Shown: piece after piece, positions 48,988-58,335 of the stretch
Layout of the letters: each line of letters begins with the position of its first letter
Numbering within the stretch: position 1 is the first letter of the stretch
Assembly: GCA_021810605.1 (NCBI GenBank)
Contig: JAJZIL010000001.1
Coordinates: forward strand, 67,412-131,411
Direction: 5' to 3'
Source: a bacterium
GTDB taxonomy: Bacteria; Patescibacteriota; Dojkabacteria; JAKAPS01; JAJZLI01
DNA length: 64,000 nt
Notes under the pieces: model-generated
Seen by the model: the letters and a program-made list of their open reading frames with translations, nothing else
Databases searched by the model: none
Told to the model about the DNA's origin: nothing
Made by a program: the position numbers and the translations under genes

Positions 48988-50015
48988 TAATATCCAATAG
49001 GTAAGAATAGTTTTAAATTATCTTTATTGATCTCTACTAAATCTATCTTTTCAAGTAGAATCTTTTTAGCAACTCTTCTTCCAATATTCATAAGAACTCT
49101 CTCAAGTTCTCTTATTCCTGCCTCATATCCGAGAGGCCTTATTATATCAGCCCATATATCATCATCTATTTTTATTTGACTCTCAGATAACCCAATTTGT
49201 TTATATACCTTAGGCATTATAAAATCTTTAGCTATTTTTAATTTTTCATCATCTGAGTATGAAGAAAATCGTATAATTTCTAGCCTATCAAGTAGAGCTG
49301 ATGATATAGTTCCTAGATTATTTGCAGTTAGTATAAACATTACTTTTGATAGATCAATTGGAAAATCTATGTAATGATCTATAAATGATGAATTTTGTTC
49401 AGGATCTAATATCTCTAAAAATGTTGCCATTATAGCAGATCGGACACTTCCTTCATCTGAAATTTTATCAAATTCATCTAAGAGTATTACAGGATTCATA
49501 CTTCCAGCTCTAGCTATAGCTTTAATAATATATCCAGGTTCTGCATCTGGATTAACCTTTGACTGCCCTCTAATTTCTAATACTGAAGATATTCCGCCAA
49601 GAGCTATTCGTACAAAATTCCTATTTAGTGCTTCAGCGATTGATTTTGCAATTGTAGTTTTTCCAATCCCTTGTAATCCTACAAAACATAAAACTGGAGC
49701 AGGCTGATCTTTGTTAAAATTCATTGATGCAAGGTATTCTAGAACTCTCTCTTTGACATCATTCATTCCATAATGGTTTTTATCTAGAATTGATTTAGCA
49801 TTAGAAATATCTAAATTATCAGTAGTAATTGTATTCCAAGGAATTTGAGTGATCGTATCTATATATTTAGAAGCAACTTCATAGTCCGATGAATAGCTTT
49901 TAAATTTAGACATTCTCTCTAGTCTTCTTAATATTATTTCTGTATTTTCTTTAAGTGTATCTGGGAGAAAGTTATCTGTAACCTTATCTTTTAAATTCTG
50001 TATATCATCTGTCAT
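48987..50015 (-). CDS. Lon-like AAA+ ATPase lacking the N-terminal globular and protease domains
   Basis: IPW, HYGMNDVKERVLEYLA, GLQGIGKT, LLDEFDK, LEILDPEQN..FIDHY, LLDRLE and GIRELER motifs; ends before the Lon protease domain. Confidence 0.88.
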   Translation of the reverse strand: MTDDIQNLKDKVTDNFLPDTLKENTEIILRRLERMSKFKSYSSDYEVASKYIDTITQIPWNTITTDNLDISNAKSILDKNHYGMNDVKERVLEYLASMNFNKDQPAPVLCFVGLQGIGKTTIAKSIAEALNRNFVRIALGGISSVLEIRGQSKVNPDAEPGYIIKAIARAGSMNPVILLDEFDKISDEGSVRSAIMATFLEILDPEQNSSFIDHYIDFPIDLSKVMFILTANNLGTISSALLDRLEIIRFSSYSDDEKLKIAKDFIMPKVYKQIGLSESQIKIDDDIWADIIRPLGYEAGIRELERVLMNIGRRVAKKILLEKIDLVEINKDNLKLFLPIGY

Positions 50016-50018
50016 AAT

Positions 50019-50669
50019 TTAAAATATTCTTCCGATTAAATATCCAAGTAAAGCTGCAATCATACCAATTATCATTATTTCAAGCCCATTCTTTATTCTA
50101 GATTGACCTTTTTCTACTGTTTTTACAAGCCCTATTATAAGAAGTGTTAATGCAGATAAGATGATTGATAAAGGTAGAGCTATAGGTACTTTTAGAAATA
50201 TGTATGGAAGAGTTGGAATTATAGCTCCAATTAAGAATGATGCTCCCATAAAAATTGCATCTATTATTGGACTTACAATTTTATCAATATCTATTCCTAA
50301 TATCAGATTAGAGGCTATCTTTTTCCCAAATTCTGGATAATCTTTTATTATTTCCATAAATTTTTTGATATCAGATTTTTTCAATTTATCTTCAGTTAAT
50401 TCTTGTTCAATTAGAATTTCTGACATTTCTTTAGAATTCTTTGATTTTATCTCTAATACATCTTTTTGAGTTTTGGCTCCAAGATAAGTTCCTGTAGCCA
50501 TAGATATAGCACCTCCAACTCCTGCAGTTAGAGCTGATATTATTAGTATTCTAGTATCAGAAACATATGCAAGTGTTGTAGTAAGAATAATTGTTGTAAC
50601 TAGTCCATCTTGTATTCCAAATACGATCTGTTTGATTTGAAATATAAGACTATCTTTAAGTTTTGACAT
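50019..50669 (-). CDS. VIT1/CCC1-family Fe/Mn transporter
   Basis: VFGIQDGLV, GAISMATGTYLG and SFLIGAIIPTLPY motifs. Confidence 0.92.
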   Translation of the reverse strand: MSKLKDSLIFQIKQIVFGIQDGLVTTIILTTTLAYVSDTRILIISALTAGVGGAISMATGTYLGAKTQKDVLEIKSKNSKEMSEILIEQELTEDKLKKSDIKKFMEIIKDYPEFGKKIASNLILGIDIDKIVSPIIDAIFMGASFLIGAIIPTLPYIFLKVPIALPLSIILSALTLLIIGLVKTVEKGQSRIKNGLEIMIIGMIAALLGYLIGRIF

Positions 50670-50829
50670 GATATAAATATATCATAATTTACTCTAAAAA
50701 TAAATTTTATATATTTTAGTTTTATGCTAATAATAAATGTTATTTTTAAGTATTAAGTATTATTTTTTACAGATTTTTATTAATATGATATACTTATTCT
50801 TAATTTATATAGTAATATTAGGTAATTAT

Positions 50830-51807
50830 ATGGCAGCACAATCTGATTTTTTAATAGCAATACATCAAATAGCCTCTGAAAGGGGTATAGAGACTCAAGA
50901 TGTTATTGAAGCTGTAAATGAAGCTCTAGCTGCTGCATATAGAAAGGATTATTCTGTTGAAGAGGAAGATGTAGTTGAAGCAAAAATAGATGATAATACA
51001 GGAGATTTCAAAGTTACTGTTAATGGAAAAGATTCTACTCCAAAAGATTTTGGAAGAATTGCATCTCAAACTGCAAAACAGGTAATTTTACAAAAAGTAT
51101 CTGAGACTGAAAGAGATACATTACTATCTCAAATAGAAAAAAGAATAGGTACCTTAGAGATGGGAACTGTACAAAGGTTTGATGGACAAAATATTGTTGT
51201 AGAGGTAGGAAAGATTTCTGCTATTATGCCTCAACAAGAACAAATTTATGGAGAAATTTTAAGACCAGGTACTAAAATCAAAGTTTATTTAAAAGAAATT
51301 CAAGAATTTCCAACAGGTGGAAGAAAACTTATTGTATCTAGATCCTCTGATCTTTTTATTAGAGCTTTATTTGAAAATGAAGTTCCTGAAATTTCAAACT
51401 CTACAGTTATAATAAAAGATATTGCAAGAGAAGCTGGGTCTAGGACAAAAGTTGCAGTATTTTCTGATGCTCAAGGAATAGATCCAATAGGTGCTTGTGT
51501 AGGTCAACGTGGAATGAGAATTATTGCTATGACTAATGAACTAGGAAATGAAAAAATTGATATTATTCTTTGGGATGAAGATTTAGAAAAGTATATAAAA
51601 AATTCTCTTTCTCCAGCAAAACCAGTTGCACTAAAGTTTGATAAAGAAGAAAAACATGTAATAGTAATTGTTCCTGATGACCAATTATCTTTAGCTATAG
51701 GTAAGGATGGACAAAATGTTAGATTAGCTGCAAAGCTTACCTCTTGGAGTATAGATATAGAATCTGATGGTATAAAATCTGAAGAAGAGCCTTCTTTAGA
51801 AAAATAA
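50830..51807 (+). CDS. nusA: Transcription termination factor NusA
   Basis: FGRIASQTAKQ, AREAGSRTKVAV, GACVG and AIGKDGQNVRLA motifs; start set to MAAQ. Confidence 0.97.
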   Translation: MAAQSDFLIAIHQIASERGIETQDVIEAVNEALAAAYRKDYSVEEEDVVEAKIDDNTGDFKVTVNGKDSTPKDFGRIASQTAKQVILQKVSETERDTLLSQIEKRIGTLEMGTVQRFDGQNIVVEVGKISAIMPQQEQIYGEILRPGTKIKVYLKEIQEFPTGGRKLIVSRSSDLFIRALFENEVPEISNSTVIIKDIAREAGSRTKVAVFSDAQGIDPIGACVGQRGMRIIAMTNELGNEKIDIILWDEDLEKYIKNSLSPAKPVALKFDKEEKHVIVIVPDDQLSLAIGKDGQNVRLAAKLTSWSIDIESDGIKSEEEPSLEK

Positions 51808-51947
51808 AAATTCTAATTATCTTATTTTTCTATAAGTAAAGGAATTTTTAAATTATAATAGTCCCAGATGTTAATAGTTTTCTTCAGTATATAATACTAT
51901 GATTTTTTGTTTTAATGGCTTTTTGATGCTATACTAAGCATATATAT

Positions 51948-53447
51948 ATGAGTAAAAAAGTAAAAGAGATACAATTACGAAGACCTCCTGTTATTACAAT
52001 AATGGGACATGTTGATCACGGGAAAACCTCTATTTTAGATGCTATAAAAGGATCTGATGTAGTTGCAAAAGAAGCAGGAGGAATTACTCAGAATATTACT
52101 GCATTTGATATAAATTTTAAAGGTAGACATCTTACTCTTATAGATACCCCTGGGCATGAACTCTTCTCGAATATGAGGAAAAGTGGTGTTCTAATGACAG
52201 ATTTAGTACTTCTCATTATCGCAGTAGATGATGGAATTATGCCTCAAACAAGGGAAGTAATTCAAATAATAAAAGATAATAATCTTAAAACAATTGTAGT
52301 TTTTAATAAAATTGATCTTCCTTCTAATAATATTACAAAGATAAAGTCAGATTTAGCAAGGGAAGGTATTTTATTAGAAGGATATGGGGGAGATATTCCT
52401 TTTCAAGAAGTTTCAGCAAGATCAAAAATAGGTATTGATGATCTAATAGATCTTATTTTTCTTCAATATGATCTATTAGAAGATATATATACTCCTGAGA
52501 ATACAAACTCACTAGTAGTTTTAGAATCATATAAAGATGCTCATGTAGGTAATATAAGTCTGTGTATTGTACAGAATGGAGAAGTAAATGTAGGGGAATA
52601 TATTTATTCTTTACAAAAAGGAGAGTTAGGTAAGATTAGGTCTTTAAAAAATGATAAGATGGAGAGCATAAAAGAAGCAACTGAATCTGCTCCTATATAT
52701 TTATCTGGACAAAAAGATTTTTTGAATGTAGGAGATACAATAATCTTTTCAAAATCTAAATTGAATATAGAACCTCAACAAACTAATCTAATAGAGCAAA
52801 TTGACGAATTTAATGAAGAAGATTTATTTGCAGAAAAAAGTGAAGTTAAAAAGCTTTCAATTATTCTTAAATCAGATACTGTAGGTTCTCTAGAGGCTAT
52901 TGTTTCTGCTTTAGAAAGTATTGAACTTAATAATATCAATATTGATATATTTAAAAAAGATTTAGGAGATATATCTGAAGAAGATCTAAATACTGCAAAA
53001 GATACACATTCCATAATAATAGGATTTAATATTAAAGCTAGTCCTAGAATTAAAAAAATTGCTCAAAGTATGCATATAGTTCTTATGATATATGATATTT
53101 TATATAGATTAGTTGAAGATGTTAAGGATGCAGCAGAATCACTTATTCCTCCAGAATATATAGAAATTGATAATGGAAGAGCGGAAATTAAACAGGTTAT
53201 AACTCTATCAAATAAATCTATAGTTCTAGGATCTCTTGTTTTTGAAGGAAAAATCTTAAATTCTTCTAAATGTAAGATATTAAGAAAGGATGAAGTTATC
53301 TTTGAGGGAAAAATTACCTCGTTAAAACATTTAAAAAATGAAGTTAAAGAAGTTGCTACTGGTACAGAATGTGGTATAATAGTGTCTCATAGCATTGATG
53401 CTATGGAAGGAGATATAATAGTATCCTACATAGTTGATAAAGTGTAA
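51948..53447 (+). CDS. infB: Translation initiation factor IF-2 (minimal form)
   Basis: RPPVITIMGHVDHGKT, DTPGHE, NKID, GSLEAI and ECGI motifs; no N-terminal domains. Confidence 0.96.
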   Translation: MSKKVKEIQLRRPPVITIMGHVDHGKTSILDAIKGSDVVAKEAGGITQNITAFDINFKGRHLTLIDTPGHELFSNMRKSGVLMTDLVLLIIAVDDGIMPQTREVIQIIKDNNLKTIVVFNKIDLPSNNITKIKSDLAREGILLEGYGGDIPFQEVSARSKIGIDDLIDLIFLQYDLLEDIYTPENTNSLVVLESYKDAHVGNISLCIVQNGEVNVGEYIYSLQKGELGKIRSLKNDKMESIKEATESAPIYLSGQKDFLNVGDTIIFSKSKLNIEPQQTNLIEQIDEFNEEDLFAEKSEVKKLSIILKSDTVGSLEAIVSALESIELNNINIDIFKKDLGDISEEDLNTAKDTHSIIIGFNIKASPRIKKIAQSMHIVLMIYDILYRLVEDVKDAAESLIPPEYIEIDNGRAEIKQVITLSNKSIVLGSLVFEGKILNSSKCKILRKDEVIFEGKITSLKHLKNEVKEVATGTECGIIVSHSIDAMEGDIIVSYIVDKV

Positions 53448-53478
53448 AATTTTCTGCCCATTGAATTTTAATATTTAA

Positions 53479-54582
53479 ATGGATAAAGAAAATAATTTAG
53501 AAAATATTATAAACTTAAGTACTAAAATTCTTTTAGTTACAAATACAAGACCGACATTAGATAGTATTGCTTCTATTTTCTTAATGTGGCATTTTATTAC
53601 TGTAAATTTTAAAAAAACAGTAAATATATATATACAAAATTTCCCATATAGGTTTGAGTATCTTTTTAATTACTCAATGTTAGAGCAAAAAGATATCATT
53701 ACTCAATTTTTAAGAGAATATAAGCTTTCAATAAAGAAACAAAATATAGTTATAGATCATGTTAAATATAATACAGATAAAGATAATTTTAATTTCTCTA
53801 TATCTTTAAAAAAAGGTGCATTAGAACTATCAAGTATAGATTTAAAAAAAGCATCTTTTGAATATGACCTTATTATAACTTTAGATACTGAAAATTTAAA
53901 TTTTTTAGGTGATATATATAAAACATATAAATCTGATTTTGAAAGTAATATTAAGATTATAAATATAGATAGTCATCCAGGGAATCTGAAATATGGAGAT
54001 TTAAATATAATATCTGAAGAATATTCTTCTACATCAGAGATAGTTTTTAATATTATGTCTGAATATAACAGTATTATGTCTAAGAAAGAGTATCAACTTG
54101 TTTTAATGAGTATTCTTTCAAATACTGAAAATCTTTCATCACAATATATATCAATGAAAACTTTTCAAAATTTATCTTTACTTCAATCAATCGGAGGAAA
54201 TTTGAAATCATCTCTCTTAGAGATTAACTCTCCTTCAAGTATTGAAGATTTAAAAGTTAAAGCTAACATACTTAAAAATATATCTGAGTATAAAAATAAT
54301 TCTAAGAACTATATATATTCAATAATAAGTAAAGGAGAGATAATGTCTTCATACCTTAATGATATAGTAATAAAAGATATAGATTTGGTATGTATTGGTA
54401 TTAAGTCTAAAATTGGGTTGAAAATATATATAAAAGATTTGAAAAATGTATTAACAGTAAAACTTTTGATTGAATATTTTGAAGATGTAAAGTATGATCA
54501 AGGAGTATATATTTTTAGTTCTAGTGAAAATAATATTGAGAATATTTTAGAAAGAATATCTAAAATTAAACCTGTTTCATAG
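53479..54582 (+). CDS. Degenerate DHH-family (NrnA-like) protein
   Basis: PTLDSIAS, LIITLDT, INIDSHPGNLKYGDLNI and SSTSEIV motifs; DHH replaced by DSH. Confidence 0.7.
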   Translation: MDKENNLENIINLSTKILLVTNTRPTLDSIASIFLMWHFITVNFKKTVNIYIQNFPYRFEYLFNYSMLEQKDIITQFLREYKLSIKKQNIVIDHVKYNTDKDNFNFSISLKKGALELSSIDLKKASFEYDLIITLDTENLNFLGDIYKTYKSDFESNIKIINIDSHPGNLKYGDLNIISEEYSSTSEIVFNIMSEYNSIMSKKEYQLVLMSILSNTENLSSQYISMKTFQNLSLLQSIGGNLKSSLLEINSPSSIEDLKVKANILKNISEYKNNSKNYIYSIISKGEIMSSYLNDIVIKDIDLVCIGIKSKIGLKIYIKDLKNVLTVKLLIEYFEDVKYDQGVYIFSSSENNIENILERISKIKPVS

Positions 54583-56620
54583 AGAATTTTAGTCTTCCTT
54601 GATCATCTTCTCCTATAACTTTAACTGTCACTTCTTGTCCTTCTTTTACTATACTGTTAGCATCTTTAACAAAATCATTGGACATCTCAGATACATGTAC
54701 TAGCCCAGATATAGATGGAGTAATATTAACAAATGCTCCGAAATTCATTATTTTAGAGACTTTTCCTTTATATATTCCTCCAATTTCTAATTCTTTTACA
54801 ATTGCAGAAATCATTTCTATTGCAATTGTCTTACTTTCCTCAGATATTGTTGCAATTGATACAACTCCATCATCGGATATATCTATTTCAGCTCCAGATT
54901 TTTCAATTATATTCTTTATAACTTTTCCACCAGGACCAATTAACTCTCCTATCTTATCTTGTTTAATTTTCATTACTTCTATTTGAGGTGCATATGCAGA
55001 GATTTTATCTCTAGGAGAATCAATAACTTTTAGCATCTCAGAAAGAATAAATTCTCTTGCTTCTTTTGCCTGTTTTAATGCTTTTCCTAGTATTTCTACT
55101 GGAATACCTTTTAGCTTATTATCCATTTGAAGAGCTGTTATTCCATTTTTTGTTCCTGCTACTTTAAAATCCATATCTCCAAAATGATCCTCTGGGCCTT
55201 GAATATCAGTAAGTATTACATAATCTTTTTGACTCTCTTCCTTTATAAGTCCCATAGCAATTCCAGATACTGGATTTTTAATTTTTACTCCTGCAGCCAT
55301 TAAAGATAGGGTAGATCCACATACTGATGCCATAGAAGATGATCCATTTGAAGATAGTGTTTCTGATACCACTCTTATTGCATAAGGAAATTCTTCAGGA
55401 TCAGGAATCTGTTTTTCTAAAGCTCTTTCTGCTAATGCACCATGTCCGATATCTCTTCTTCCAGGATAGTAGAGATTTCTACTTAACTCTCCAACTGACC
55501 AACCAGGGAAGTTATAATGGTGGAGATATCTTTTTGTTTCTTCTCCATCTATACTTTCAATTGTTTGCTGTTGTTTTAAAGGAGCTATAGTTGCTACTGA
55601 AAGAACTTGAGTCTCTCCTCTTTGAAAAAGAGCAGAACCATGAGTTCTAGGTAATATATCTATATCGATTGTAAGTTTTCTTACTTCATCAAATTTTCTT
55701 TTATCAGGTCTAATTTTTTTATTTAAAATACCTTCACGAGTAGTTTTGCGAGTAAGATACTCAATTGCTTCACTAATCTCTCCTTCTTCAAAGTCTTCTA
55801 AAAACCTTTCTTTAATTCTATGATGTAGATGTTTATCATTCTCATTCCATATTGAATCTTCTATCTCTTTATAGAATTCTTTTTCTACTAATTTTAGTAA
55901 ATCTTCAGATATTTTTACACTCTTATATTCTAATTTAGAAATATTTGCCTCTTTAAGAAAATCTTCTTGAAGTTTAATAAAATCCTCAGAAGATTTTTTC
56001 CCAAATTCAATAGCTTTTATCATTGTATCTTCTAATATACTATCAGCACCAGATTCAATCATTGATATAGAATTTTTAGTTGCAGATAATGTTAGATTTA
56101 AAGGAAGTGAATTTATTATATCTACAGAAGGATTAAGTATAAATTCATTATCTTTTAATCCTATACATACAGAGCCAACAGGGCCTTCTATGGGTATTCC
56201 TCCTAACATTAATGCTAGAGAAGATGCATTAATTGCAAGGATTCCTGGATCATTTAATTTATCATAAGATAAAACATTAACTACTAATTGAACTTCATTT
56301 CTAAAATCTTCACTAAATAATGGTCTGAGTGATCTATCTATTATTCGAGCCTTGAGAATCTCATCAGTAGAAGGTCGACCTTCTCTTTTTATAAATCTAG
56401 ATGAAGATATAATTCCACTTGCATATAATTTTTCTAAATATTCAACAGTCAGAGGGAAAAAATTTATATATTCATCTTTTTCTTTAGTTACAACTGTTGC
56501 GAGAACTACAGTATCTCCGGCAGTCGCAAGAACTGAAGAAAGTGCTTGTTGTGCTAATCTGCCAGTTTCAAAAGAATATTTCACATTGGCAATATTAGCT
56601 TCTTTTTTTATTACACTCAT
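54566..56620 (-). CDS. pnp: Polyribonucleotide nucleotidyltransferase
   Basis: ETGRLAQQA, FFPLTVEY, SNGSSSMAS and DMDFKVAG motifs, with KH and S1 domains. Confidence 0.98.
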   Translation of the reverse strand: MSVIKKEANIANVKYSFETGRLAQQALSSVLATAGDTVVLATVVTKEKDEYINFFPLTVEYLEKLYASGIISSSRFIKREGRPSTDEILKARIIDRSLRPLFSEDFRNEVQLVVNVLSYDKLNDPGILAINASSLALMLGGIPIEGPVGSVCIGLKDNEFILNPSVDIINSLPLNLTLSATKNSISMIESGADSILEDTMIKAIEFGKKSSEDFIKLQEDFLKEANISKLEYKSVKISEDLLKLVEKEFYKEIEDSIWNENDKHLHHRIKERFLEDFEEGEISEAIEYLTRKTTREGILNKKIRPDKRKFDEVRKLTIDIDILPRTHGSALFQRGETQVLSVATIAPLKQQQTIESIDGEETKRYLHHYNFPGWSVGELSRNLYYPGRRDIGHGALAERALEKQIPDPEEFPYAIRVVSETLSSNGSSSMASVCGSTLSLMAAGVKIKNPVSGIAMGLIKEESQKDYVILTDIQGPEDHFGDMDFKVAGTKNGITALQMDNKLKGIPVEILGKALKQAKEAREFILSEMLKVIDSPRDKISAYAPQIEVMKIKQDKIGELIGPGGKVIKNIIEKSGAEIDISDDGVVSIATISEESKTIAIEMISAIVKELEIGGIYKGKVSKIMNFGAFVNITPSISGLVHVSEMSNDFVKDANSIVKEGQEVTVKVIGEDDQGRLKFSMKQV

Positions 56621-56910
56621 TTTTTAAGACCCAATCTTTTAATTAACATGGAATATCTTTCTTGATCTTTTGATTCAAGAAAAGCTAGAATTCTTCTTCT
56701 TTTTCCAATAAGTTGAAGTAATCCTCTTCTAGAGTGGTTATCTTTCTTATTTAATTTAAGATGTTCTGACAATTGAAGTATTCTCTGAGTGAATAATGCA
56801 GCCTGTACCTCAGGAGACCCATTATCACCATCATGAGTTGCAAAACTCTTAATTATTTTGTCTCGACTATTTTTTAAAAAGTCGATATCCTCATTGATTT
56901 TTTTAACCAT
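56617..56910 (-). CDS. rpsO: 30S ribosomal protein S15
   Basis: DNGSPEVQAA and KDNHSRRGL motifs. Confidence 0.97.
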   Translation of the reverse strand: MVKKINEDIDFLKNSRDKIIKSFATHDGDNGSPEVQAALFTQRILQLSEHLKLNKKDNHSRRGLLQLIGKRRRILAFLESKDQERYSMLIKRLGLKK

Positions 56911-57053
56911 TTTTTGATCAAATAAAAATAATACCTAATTGGGTATATTTAATTATAAAATATTTAGTAAAAGAAGCTTTCTATATCTGATACTAACACA
57001 AATTCTGAATAAAAGTCAAAACATCACAATTATCCCTATATATATTTTATTTG

Positions 57054-58019
57054 TTAAGGTGCACAACTCCACCTCCATATCTGTTTTTCAGATATTAATT
57101 TAGCCATTTCAGCTATTTGAGCATAAGGATTTCCAATTCCATAGGATATATAAGGGTTTATTTTTTTGTTATAAAAGGTATTCGGCATAAACTGAGCTAT
57201 TCCATAAGCCCCAGATGACTGTGAATTTGGTATTTCAGGTTCAAACTGACTTTCACATTTAATTATATTTACCATTATTGATGAACTTACCTTATAATAA
57301 GAAGCAGCCTTATTTATGAAATATATATATGCACTCTCTCCTACAGGATATCTTGATGTGGTATTAGGAATACTTAATATATTTCCCAAATTTTTAGAAA
57401 TACTATTTTTTGTTGATTGTTCAAAATTAATATTTAGTACTTTCTGAGCATAAGGTATAGATAGAAGATCAATATTACTTATTTCTTTTGGATTGATTTT
57501 ATCTGTATCTATTTCTATTGATTCTCGATCTGCAATGCTCTCCATTATTGGAACCACATCCATATTTAGGGTAGTATCAATTATATTATTTTTATGTGAA
57601 TAAAAATTTTTTCCAACTGTGTTAGCTTGTGATTCAATATATATTCCAAAAGTTCCAGGAATTGATATTAATGTTGCAAATACTAGACTACTTACTCCAT
57701 GCTCTTTTACAAAAGCTCGAATTTTATTCCTAATAGATACTCTATCAGATTTAGTAAGGTTACTTCCAACAGCTTTATCATGAATTCTATCTAAAGAATC
57801 TTTTATAGTATTTGTTGGACTAGTTTCCAGATTGTGAACTGCACAAAAAAAGGCATAAAGTGTCTCATTACTGAGGACTCCTTCTTCAGCAGCTGAGGAT
57901 ACTCTTCTTGTAGAAAGCGATAATAAATCTATTTCGTCTGCTACAAGATGATTACCCTCCATGACAACAGTGAACTCATCTTGAGTATCACCGTGTTCGA
58001 AAGTTTTTCTTTCGATCAT
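57054..58019 (-). CDS. Membrane-anchored lytic transglycosylase (SLT/Rpf-like) protein
   Basis: C-terminal IIKCESQF (catalytic Glu), SGAYGIAQFMPNTF and WRWSC; TM near aa 108-127. Confidence 0.82.
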   Translation of the reverse strand: MIERKTFEHGDTQDEFTVVMEGNHLVADEIDLLSLSTRRVSSAAEEGVLSNETLYAFFCAVHNLETSPTNTIKDSLDRIHDKAVGSNLTKSDRVSIRNKIRAFVKEHGVSSLVFATLISIPGTFGIYIESQANTVGKNFYSHKNNIIDTTLNMDVVPIMESIADRESIEIDTDKINPKEISNIDLLSIPYAQKVLNINFEQSTKNSISKNLGNILSIPNTTSRYPVGESAYIYFINKAASYYKVSSSIMVNIIKCESQFEPEIPNSQSSGAYGIAQFMPNTFYNKKINPYISYGIGNPYAQIAEMAKLISEKQIWRWSCAP

Positions 58020-58335
58020 AGGCTTATCTTCTAATCTAAATTTAAAGAACCTGACATTTTATATGACTTATAATATTTTGTCAAGTATTAAGTGTGTTGA
58101 AAAATTTTTTAATGTTATTTGTATTTTTATTGTGAGAGTATTATTTTCTGATACAAATAGAGATGTATATTCAAAGTAATACAGTAGGAGTTCTAAAAGA
58201 TCTAGATTAAAGTTTTAGGTATAAAGAGGTTGAGAAATATTTAATTAAAGATAATATTATTTTTACTCAAATAGGGTAGAAAGTATGTGATCATATCTAG
58301 ACAATTAAAACTTTCTCTGTTAGTATTTTTGTATA

